Shown: positions 23,001 to 35,000 of the stretch, one piece after another
Numbering within the stretch: position 1 is the stretch's first letter
Layout of the letters: every line of letters starts with the position of its first letter
Assembly (NCBI RefSeq): GCF_037042905.1
Contig: NC_087245.1
Coordinates: 35,094,001 to 35,158,000, forward strand
Reading direction: 5' to 3'
Source of the DNA: Lytechinus pictus
Lineage: Eukaryota
DNA: 64,000 nucleotides
Translations under genes and position numbers: made by a program
The notes under the pieces: generated by a model
Seen by the model: only the letters and a program-made list of their open reading frames with translations
Told to the model about the DNA's origin: nothing
The model's database searches: none

Positions 23001-26000
23001 GCAGAAGAATGATCTAAACAATCGTGCGACCTGATTTTTTTGTATAATCCGACCAAAAACTTGAGATCCTAAGCACTTTCGTAACCATAAAAATGAATAT
23101 GAAACCCAGCGTTTCCATAGGGGTGCGGTCAAAAATTATAATGTAGATTAGAGTAAAACCCCATCAGAATACCACTCCAGCGGTGGTGTTTTCATTATCA
23201 AACCCGGGTTTGACACCAGACTAATCAGAATTAACTACAACAGTATGAGCAATAGATCATAGTAGAAAACAAATTGCAGGTGGACTGTTTGTACTCAAAT
23301 TGATAATACAGTATGACTATCTATATTGATTAAAGTATAAAGGGCTTTGATTTTGTTTTATGATAAGATTCTGAAGAATATCTATGTGTTATCTCTATTT
23401 TTTCGTAATGGGCAGAGAGTTAATCCTGCAGGAATGCACAGGCTTTATCTCTGAATGTTTGAAAGTTTGAATTCAACTTCTCATGTCTCCATTTGGTATT
23501 ACTATTAGAACTCTTACATGTTGTCATTAGTATTCCTTTTCAAGCTGGAAAAAAGCCATTTGAAAGAACGAGAGAAAATAGTTTAAAACATCCTCCTTTT
23601 TACTTGCTCCATCTTGTTCCTGTTTCAGAGTCCAACAAGACTACTGTATTATTTACCCAGACGGAGCATAACAATCTAACAAGTGAAACTCCCGAGTCAG
23701 AGCTCAAAACTGAGCATCACAGAGATGAAGATAAAAAGTCAAACAGTGATACAGAAATAGACAATAGAAAAGTCATAAGTTCAGAGAGCATAGCACACGC
23801 TCCCCTTCAAAGATTTTCAGAAAGTGATGCTGATGTGACCAAAGAAGTAAGTGATGTTGAGGAAAAGGAAGACAAGCTTGATTTTCAAGCGGAGGCTGTG
23901 TTTGAAGTAAAGAGGGACGTTTCGGAAGAGAGGGTTGATGAGGAAAAACAGCCTGTACCTGCTCATGGAAATCTGAAGACCGAGGATCCGGCCAAGGCCT
24001 TTACAGGAAAGGAGGCCACTGTGACAGAGACCGATTTTCCAAAGGGTAAAATGGTCACTCCAAAAAGAACTCCAAGGTCTACTGAAAACACCAAAGAATC
24101 CAAAAGCAAACCACCTGGTAAAGCCAATAAACCCCAGGAGACATTACAAGTTCAAGAGACTGCATCTGATAGATTAGAGTCAAAATCTGATATGGAACAA
24201 GATGTTCCATCACTGAAGGAGGCTGGTGAAGCTGCAGAACGAAAAACAGGAAAGGCTGATGGTGTGAGACCTTCACCACCAGGGGAGATGAAACAACCTG
24301 AAAAGACAAGGACTAAGAGTAAAGATCATCAGACTAAGGACAGGAAAAAAGCAAAGGTGTCTCCAAGAAAGGTTGATGGTGTGAGCCCTCCAGCACCGCT
24401 TGAGGTCAGAAGTTCTCCAAGAAAGGATGACAGTGTAAAGCCACCACCACCAGTTGAAAAGGACATGAAGAATGCTAAACAGTCTTCAAGAAAGTCTGAT
24501 GATGTGAGCCCTCCACTACCACAAAAGGGCACAGAAAGACTTGAAGAATCTCCAAGAAAGACTGCCCGTGTGAGGCCACCACCACCACAAGAGGAGAGGG
24601 GAAAATCCAAAGAGCCTCCTAGGAAAACTGATGGTGGCAGGACTCCTCCGCCTCTGGAGACAACACATCCTGAAGCAGAAAGGGCCATGGGAAACTCTGA
24701 TCAGGCTAAGGACAGGAAAAGTGACAGTCCTCCACCACCCCCACCACCACCAGCACAGGAGACAACACAACCTGAATCAGAAAGGGCCATGGGGAACTCT
24801 GATCAAGCTAGGGACAGGAAAAGTGACAGTCCTCCACGACCCCCACCACCAGCACAGGAGACAACACAACCTGAAGCAGAAAAGGCCATGGGGAACTCTG
24901 ATCAGGCTAGGGACAGGAAAAGTGACAGTCCTCCACGACCCCCACCACCAGCACAGGAGACAACACAACCTGAAGCAGAAAGGGCCATGGGGAACTCTGA
25001 TCAAGCTAGGGACAGGAAAAGTGACAGTCCTCCACGACCCCCACCACCAGCACAGGAGACAACACAACCTGAAGCAGAAAAGGCCATGGGGAACTCTGAT
25101 CAGGCTAGGGACAGGAAAAGTGACAGTCCTCCACGACCCCCACCACCAGCACAGGAGACAACACAACCTGAAGCAGAAAGGGCCATGGGGAACTCTGATC
25201 AAGCTAGGGACAGGAAAAGTGACAGTCCTCCACGACCCCCACCACCAGCACAGGAGACAACACAACCTGAAGCAGAAAGGGCCATGGGGAACTCTGATCA
25301 AGCTAGGGACAGGAAAAGTGACAGTCCTCCACGACCCCCACCACCAGCACAGGAGACAACACAACCTGAAGCAGAAAGGGCCATGGGGAACTCTGATCAA
25401 GCTAGGGACAGGAAAAGTGACAGTCCTCCACGACCCCCACCACCAGCACAGGAGACAACACAACCTGAAGCAGAAAAGGCCATGGGGAACTCTGATCAGG
25501 CTAAGGACAGGAAAAGCAACCGTCCTCCACGACCCCCACCACCAGCACAGGAGACAACACAACCTGAAGCAGAAAAGGCCATGGGGAACTCTGATCAGGC
25601 TAAGGACAGGAAAAGCAACCGTCCTCCACCACCAGCACAGGAGACAACACAACCTGAAGCAGATAGGGCCATGAAGAAAGAAGAGCACTCTGTGGATAGG
25701 TCAGGTAAGAAAGTAGTTAAAATGTTACTAGTTCTCCAGTAATGTTTGGAATCGGAAAGAAAACCCGACTTGAGCCTGGACCGGAAGGTTTAGCAAAATT
25801 GTTTTCTGGGTCCTGGAACAGCCTGGAACTCTGAGCCACTGCACAGCACTGCTGATGCAGATGCGCTAGTGATACATCAAAGCCTTGCCTCACTTGGTGC
25901 ATGCTAGCACTAGTACACTTTCACTCCTGGCAATGTTTGCAAACTAATTTCACCTCAGTTTTTGTCCCAATTTATTGTGTTGATCTTTAACCAAATTTTC

Positions 26001-29000
26001 GGCTACATTGAGCATTACAAATGGGTTTATTTCGGCTGTGATCTTGTTGTCATTGTTTGAATTCTTAGATGACTTCACTTGGCTCTACAGTATACTAGTA
26101 GTTTACTATGAGCTGAAATTATCGACTAAAGTCCTTTTTGCCCTTTCACATAATTTTGGTCACTATGCATCAGTCCATATCGAAATTATGGCAAAGGCAA
26201 AGTCTGACTGAGAATTGGAACGACACAGTCGAGATCAAACCCAAAATACAGCTGTTTTAAATGATCAAAGTGGCTGAAATCCAGGTGAAGTATCAATTAA
26301 GTTAGATATTTGGGAATGAATCTGAGCTCAGTCAATGCCTGGAGGTAAATGCCATGGTTTACATTATCTTGTTTATTTGGTATTTATCCAAGGCATATTC
26401 CGATCTTTGTTGTTTGAGCTATCAACCCATGCCGGATTGGCCTGGGGGAATCCCCTCAACTCGCCGGGCTCCGAGTTCCAGTCCGGTCTGGCTCCCAACA
26501 TATTCATCAGCCCTTATCCATTGACAAACTAAGAGTAATCCCAAGACCAAGACCCAGTCCAAATTGAATTCTGAACCTCCACCCTCTTCCCCCCTCAAAT
26601 GCCCCAACCCCCATCAAAGTCTAAGTATGCTCCTAAAGATATTGATGTTGCCAAGGCAACTGGCATTGCTGCTGACGGTGGTGAGAGAGAGACAAGGTTG
26701 CTGACAATCAGGTAACTAGGAAACATTCAACAATTTTTACCAAATTAGTATTGGGCATTATCTATTTAACTAGGATTCTTATATTTTGATTTTTATCATT
26801 GCAATGTCCAAACCGTGTTGCATTGGGCAATAATGCATGCTGGTACAGAGTTTTCATATATAATGGTATATATATATTTTAAAAAAACTTGCAAAATATT
26901 TTTTCCTGTCTACTTCTAGATGCTCCTTCCTTCACATTAACATCTACCTTTCCTAGAAAAGAGTTATTGGAATTAGTTCTGCAGATTGAAATGTACACTG
27001 AATAGACACCAAATATGTATATATTGTCCTCGCATCAATGCTACCCTTCATTTGCAAAAGAAACAAGTATATGAAAAAAGTATTTATATCATTGCATTTT
27101 AATTCCCCTGCTTTATTAGTGTATTAATACCTAAAGCCCTGCAAGAAAAAAGGCAGATGATATACAAATGAAAAGAAAAAACTTTTTTGTCATTGTGATT
27201 TCTGAAAGATGGTTGGCCGTCATTGTAACAATATGTGACATTTGTAAGTTTTTTTGCAAAAAGGGTACATCCCATCATCTGTCCATGTCTTGCTAAATAT
27301 TATCTGTTTAAATATGTGAGTTGTTTATCAGTGATAAATGTCTTTTTACTTTGGGGGGGCGGGGGGATTAGAAGCAATATGCAGGTGTCACTAATGCCTA
27401 ATATCGGAAATATGAGGTATGTTTGCAGAGGGAAGGGAGGCGGATTCCGCCCCTCGACCCCCGGGTACTTGGTGCTAAAATTGAGCAACATTTGTATGTC
27501 AAACCCAAAATGGCTATAAAAAAACGTGAATTCATGTACAAATCCAAAGGAAATTGTGTTTTCGAAATTCATATATGTATTATTATTTCTACTTTTACTC
27601 ATTAAACTCAATTAATTTTGTCTTGTTTATGATCATGAATAAATCAGCGACAAATTTCATTGGAAAAATTTAAAAAGTAAAAAAGAAATACATAAGAAAC
27701 TTAAAAAATACAATAAATACATAAAAAATTGCTATACCATTTTTTTTATTGAAGTACATTTGATCTACATGTAAATAGAAAATTAGTGCCAGTATTCACT
27801 TACGTAGATTTTTAGAATTTTATGTGTATAAATTGTCATGGCTGTATCTCACTATAATTGGAATAAAACCGTACAAAATCAAGCTATGTTTGTCTTAAAC
27901 TAGGTTTGATATTTGCAGAAATACAAGACAGCAAAAAGAATTCAATAAAAATCAATAACAGTCATCTTTTTTGTCTCGCCTGAACGAAGTTCGGCAGAGC
28001 CCTCGTAATCACTTTTCCTGTTGGTCTGTTACAAAATGTTAAAGTTTTTGTTCGACTTTATCTCATTTCTTTATTTTTGCATCAATTATGTTCATACTTT
28101 GTAGATATAATCCTTGGATAATACCACATGTGACCTCATGAAAATGATGGGGTCAAAGGTCAAATGATATGAGGTCATGTCCATACCTTTTTTCAAGTTT
28201 TTGTTCAACTTGCTCTCATTTCTACATATCTGCATCAATTGTATTTATACTCTGAACAGGTTGAGACAGATTTTTCAAAGTTTCTGTATTTTCAAATTTG
28301 TCCATTAACAGCGCTTTGTATCCTCTGGAAAAAGCGCTATTTAAATCAACTTATTATTATTATTAAATGATCTTTGGGTAATACCACACATGTGATCTTG
28401 CGGATGATAAGGTCATCTAGGGGTCAAAAAATCATATTGCATATTTTGTTGATCATGAAGTCAGGAGAGTATTGTGGTTCGTGAACCACCTTGTTAGATA
28501 TAATGCTTGTGTGAACTAAACTTTCTGTGACCTTATTGCAAAAATAATGATTATTGTGTTTTGAATCCCCCTACAGATACATCTAAAGTAAGAGAGAACA
28601 TCAGTAGAAAACCTGAAAGTAAGGAACCAATTCAGAAGTCAGTCTTAGAAACACTTCTTGAGGAAACAGAAGGCCTTATCCAAAAGGTATTGGGTTAAGA
28701 TATCATTTTCGTGCTAAATTAATCTTTTGCGAAAATCTATGTACCGGTAAATGCAGCTGTTTGGAAATACTTTGTAAGAAAAGAAGTTACAACTGAAAAC
28801 AATTGTTGATTGTTTTGATCATTTTTTTATCACTTTACTCTCTCACTCTGTCAACTCTTTACACTCTTTGAGCCTCTAGAAACATCCTTGCCACTCACTT
28901 TCAACTGTTCAGGCATTCGTCTATGTACAACATGCACACTGAAAACTAATTTGTGACATTCTTTTGTAACCAACGATATTCATCACTTTAAGTCCGAAGG

Positions 29001-32000
29001 TCTGTGTCTTGCCAGTAATTAGTACCCTACTCTTTTTTTGTATTGATTGTTTAATAATCACAATAGATAAATTTTGACTCTACATATTAATTAGAGGTTC
29101 TCTTTAGGAAACAGACACACCACACTATGCACATCCCTAACTCTCTTCTACAATTACATTGCACATGCATACCAGCTTTCAATCCTTTACTAATCTTTTG
29201 CCGATAACTATAACCAAAATTAATTATTTTATTATACAAATAATTCTTAAACCATACTTAAAATACTTGTGTATGGTAAATTTTGCATGGATCCTGTATA
29301 CCTGAGTCAAAATAATTTCCTTGTGTTGGCATGTTATCACCATTTTTTTGTTTTGTTCTGTATATACATTGTATCTAAATGTGTAAACCAGTTAAAACAA
29401 GAATCTCCTTTATGGACAATAAAGTTATTCAATTCTTTTCAATTCAATCCATCTTTTGACACTCTCACTGTGTTTTTAGAACAAGAAAGATCAAGCTCTG
29501 TACAAGTACGAGGACATCATCAAACGGTTTCCAAACAGTGCAAAGGCTCTGATGGCAAAGGCTCAACTCCTTGACACGCTAGCGGAGGAGAGGAGGAGCA
29601 ACGATCTACTTGATGGGTATGGATGGACTAGTCCCACTATATTCATTCTCATGTCATATTACTCACACTCACTCCTCTCTCTTTTGATCACTCCCTTCTT
29701 CTCTGTCTGTCTCTCCTTTTCTTTCTCCTATATCTCTCCATTCATATTATACAGATATTGCCTGCCCAGGGTTTGAATGTAACATTTCACTTCCCAGACG
29801 GAGTTATATTTCCCCTAGGGATTTTATTTTGCCCGAAGAGCGCAGCGCTGAGGGAAAAAAATAGCATTGGAGGGGAGTTGAAATATTATTCATGAAAGAG
29901 ATAGAAAGGGCAATATCTCTTATATATTATATATATAGTATATGTAGATTAGCCATTAGACTCTGCATTTATCATAATGGCTTTATGATTACCTCGAAAT
30001 TCTTGCTGCAGTTTTGATCCATCTACGTCATGATAGATAAAAAATGGAAAAATACGGCAAGTGCATTTTTCATGCGATCAACGTGTAAACACTAGCGCGT
30101 ACGTCAAATAAGCTACCTAATTACGCAACTTATAAGCAGCAAGTGACGTCACCTTAGTGAATATAACTCCGCAGTTGACAATACAACGCAGTTATTTTCA
30201 CTGAGATGACGTCAAAACTTAGAATATAATAAATGCGATCCTCGCAGCTATGGTCACGTGATGGCATATTGACCTATCACTGATTTGAATTTACATAATA
30301 TATCTTTCTTCTTTCTCTTTTCTCTCTTTAGCTCTTTCTATTTTATCTTTTATTATCTCCCTCTTTCTCTCCCTGCTATTTCTATCACTCATTCTCTTTC
30401 CATGACCATTTTTCTCTCTTTTTATCTCCCTATTTTCCTTGCTGCCTCTCCCTTTCTCTTTCTACCTTCTCATTCTCTCTCTTTCAATCTCTCCCATTCT
30501 CTCTCTCTTTCTCCCGTTGAATGTCTCAACCACTAAAGTTAAAAGGCTAGGCTGCTAAGGGATCCAAACGGCAACCATCCGTCCTCTGTCTGTCACCATT
30601 GTTGAGTTTACCTGCAAGACTTGTTTTACCATTACTTGTCAACCAATTGTTACTATAGCAATCATACCCGATGGGTGTTTCATAAAGCTGTACGTAAAGT
30701 TATGAACAACTTTACGCACCACTGAAATATGTTTATAGGTGATAAATCAATTACATAGGGATAGCACAAGAAAGGATCACCAGTCGTGCGTAAAGTCATT
30801 TGTATCTTACGAACAGCTTTATGAAACACCCACCTGAGTCAAAGATCCACAGGGATAAGGTCAAGGTCATCCACCCCCACCCTCCCTTCTTCCTCTCTTT
30901 TCACTTCTTAATAATATCAAATTTTTTTCCCATAATCTTTATTCCAGAGCAATCCAGTCATACAGACAAGCAGCTGATACACCACATTGCCCCCGAGATA
31001 TCAAGCGAGCTGCCCTTGCAAGAATGGGAGACAGGTTGTCTTTCTTTGGTATATATTCCCTTTTCTTTTCTTGTCGTTCGTATCAGTGGGAGCTTTTAAG
31101 TGCAAATGGGAGTAAAAAATTGACTGGAATTCGTCTTTGAATTTCCATATTAAGTATTTTATTTCTTTTACACATATCCTGAATAAACAAATTTGAAATG
31201 TATGAACCAAGTGGAAAGTAGAAAATAAATTGTAAGTGAATGCTAAAAAAAAGACACTATGTCATTATTTTATACATATGAAATATGTGAAAATAAGTGT
31301 ACATACATTTTTGAATAGATATTTATATCAAACATGAACTTAGAATGAATTGATTTCATATTATTGCATACGAAAAGAATTAAGAAAAAACAAGAGTATG
31401 ATGGACAAGAATCGGAAAAGAAGAAAACACACAATACAAACAGAGACATTTTCTTGCAATAAACAAATACAATACATTTTACAAACTAGTCTGAGAGTGA
31501 CGGTCTTTGTGGCTCCGAAAATGGATGAATTTGATTATTTACTATCTTTACATTGGTAAGCATAAATCTGTTTATGCTTGGAAAGGGGATTGTAAAGATT
31601 ATCTTTTGGGGCAAATTCCAAATTTTTTCCCAAAAAAAAATTAAAGAAAGAAAAGAAGTTGCATATTACCCATGTCAATTCAGCAGGTTTTGCATTGTGC
31701 TGTTGAAGTCTACAGGCAAAGATTGTCAGAAAAGTGGGTCAAATGTATAAAATAGTGGATACATTGTAGGTAAAACACCATAATTGTTTGTTTCTTGTTG
31801 GTTTCACATAGAGAGTTGTGTCTATTTGCTCTACATACATGTATATTTACTCTCTTGTCTAGAGTGCAAAACAGTTTTGTACACCTGTGTCAGCACGTTG
31901 GTAAACATTACTTTTTAGTTTTCTCACTATTAGAGATATGCATTTACTTCTCTATTTACTTTTGCACAGAATCCATTGTCAATTATGATTTATGCTTCAT

Positions 32001-35000
32001 CTATCACCAGTTTTAATAGAGCTGAAAATCTGTGTTTGTGTATACAATTCATAAGTAAACATAAGCTATTACAGTGGATTTCATTGATTTCTCTTGTTCA
32101 ACGTTAGTTTGGGGTTTGAAAAAAAAAAGAAGAAGTTGTGCATATAATAATGCTTCAATGTATTGACTTTGTTCTAAAGTAAATCCCAATATATGAAGCA
32201 CATATTGACAGCTAAAGAAACATGCTCTTTATGCCACTCTAAAATATTAAATTAAAACACGATTGATAGATATCAAGTTTGTTATTCATATTTGTCTTGC
32301 CTGCATAGCAGAGCGAGACTATAGACACATCTTTTATGATAGTGGTGGTGTCAACATTGAAATCTTAACGAAGGTTAAGTTTTTGAAATTTCATCATAAC
32401 TTTGAAAATATATGAACCTGTTTCATGAAACTTGGAAATAAGAATAATCAAGAATCACTTATGATCTTGTAGGTCACAAGAAGAAGGTCAAAAGTCATTT
32501 AGGATCAATGAACTTTGACCATGTTGGAATATAAACGTAATATTAACAATGGTAGAGGTTTCGAAATGTCATCATAACTTATAGGACAAGTCCACCCCAC
32601 CAAAAAGTTGATTTGAATAAAAAGAGAAAAATCCATTAAGCATAACAATGAAAATTTCATCAAAATCGGTTGTAAAATAAGAAAGTTGTGACATTTTGAA
32701 GTTTTGCTTGATTTCACAAAATATTTATATGCACATCCCGGTTGGTATGCTAATGAGAAGACTGATGATGTCATCCACTCACTATTTCTTTTGTATTTTA
32801 TCATATGAAATATGAAATATTCAAATTTTCTCCTCATTATCAAGTGCAAAAACGATTAATTCCTCCCTGAACATGTGGAATTAGCATTGTTTAATACTGT
32901 ATGGTTCAGTCAAGTTGGTCCCCATTGTAAAATATGTAACAAATGAAATATTGTATAATTCAAACAATAAAAAACAAAAGAAATAGTAAGTGAGGGACAT
33001 GTACTGTCTCATTTGCATGCCACTGAGTTGTGCATATCACTGTTTTGTGAAAAATAAGCGAAATTTTAAAATGTCATAACTTTCTTAGTTTACATCCAAT
33101 TTTGATAAAATTTTCAGCGTTATGCTAGTTTGATTTTTCTCTATTCAAATCAACATTTTTCTGAGGTGGACTCGACCTTCAAAAAGTATGTGGAACGGGA
33201 TCACGAATCTTGGAAAGTAACCAAGTATCACAGATCGTCTTGCAAAAGTTTCAGGTCACATAATTAAGGTCAAAGGTCATTTTAAGGTTAAAATATCTTT
33301 GACCTTTTTAGGGGTAATTTTTGAAATGTCATAACTTTGATTGTTTATGGATCTAGTTCGTGAAACTTTGACATAAGGGTAGTCAAGTATCATTGATGTC
33401 GTGCATGAGTTTCGGCTCAAACGTTTAATGTCAAAGGTCAATAAACTTTTATGATATTAGTATCACTATCATTTACACGAGTTTCAGGTCACATAATATT
33501 TGAATGAATGTTTTGTTGGGTTAGGCTTCCCATTTAAAGGAATATAAGTCCTAAGATGATTTTTTGTCTACTGGTACTTTTTTGCTGACATTAAATCAAT
33601 TCAAATCAAATTTTAAATACTGTCTTAAATCAAATCAAGGTCCTATAAGAGATGACTTAATGCACAGTATATATTTACAGTACTTTGTACCAGACAACAT
33701 TATAATATTAAAATTATGATACTTCTTTACTCCTGATCAAACTTTTTTTTTTTTTTTTCTTGTCGATTTTGTGTAACTGGGTAGAAAATCTCTCCACCTT
33801 AATCGACAAATTCAACCATGTGATTCCTTTACTCCCTCATATTTGTATTGTGTAGTAGAGCAGAAATCATGTATATTATTTGCAGTGTAAATGTACTTTG
33901 TCTGCTGATAGCCCATGTTTTGTATGTATAGTTGGGCATTGTTCAACCTACATTCCAATATTCAGTGGTGTCAGACAAAAGAAGGTATTCCCACTTGAAC
34001 AGATTTTTAAAAGTGAAAATTACTTTTTATGTGTGTGAAGTAGAATAGGGCCTATTTGTACTTTTTAAAAAAAGTTCTTGGTTTGATTCAATATGACTAT
34101 ATTGTCTTAGCGCAATGAAGGTGTCTTTGTGTTTTTATTTTAATTACATTTCATTGACTTTTTATTTTACTACATGATATGCATATATGGGGATGTTGTT
34201 CACATATGATGTCACAAATAAAATAATTAACATTCTAGTAACTTTTTGGACTTTAATTGGATTTTCCTCAAGCCTTCACAAATATTGTATATTATTTTTT
34301 CTGTTATTTTTACAATAAACTTTTTGACAGGGTGCACTACCTTTAAACATTGGATTCTTGATGTATCCAATAGTAAAAAAAAAAGGCAAGGAGGAAATCA
34401 ATAAGTACTCTAATTAAAGGAGAATGAAACTCTTGGAGCAAGTTAGCTTTTGTGAAAGCAGAAAAATCAAAGAATAAGATCAACAAAAGTTTGAGTAAAA
34501 TAGGACTAACAATAGAAGAGTTATGAGCATTTGAATGTCGAGATCACTAATGCTATGGAGATCCTCCCATTGGCAACGCAACCAAGATCTATGATATCAC
34601 AGATGAACAACTCTCCCCTTTTGGACACTGAAAATATACCCCAAAACATCTCTTTTTGCTCATTCTAATCATATGAAAAACGATTCATCAATGATATAAT
34701 GTTGTGAAACCTCTGTACTTGTCCTCTCATAAAGAGAACACCTCACCTTGTGATAGATTCTATAAAAGTGAGAATATAAGTGAAATAAGTACTAAAGCAA
34801 TGAGGGAGTTGTACGTGTGTGACATCACAGATCTTGGTCGCATTGCCAATAGGAGGATCTACATGGCATTAGTGATCTCAATATTCAAATGCTCATAACT
34901 TTCTTATTATTCATTCAATCTTCCTCAAACTTTCAACAATATGTTTCTTTAATTTTTCTCTTTGATATGGATTCAGCTGTTTTCAAGGGTTTCATTCTCC

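Noticed and set aside
23493..23628. N-terminal 45 aa of the 749-aa ORF as a stand-alone gene start
   Set aside because: Starts at TTG and runs through a polypyrimidine tract to a clear acceptor at 23628; intronic.
24657..25673. Regularly spaced repeats resembling a CRISPR array
   Set aside because: No unique spacers; whole units are repeated and in frame within a eukaryotic exon.
24631..25688. Long alternative-frame (347 aa, His/Arg-rich) and antisense (303 aa, Cys/Trp-rich) ORFs
   Set aside because: Shadows of the stop-poor 99-bp repeat. Only the ETTQP frame extends beyond the array and joins ASPH exons.
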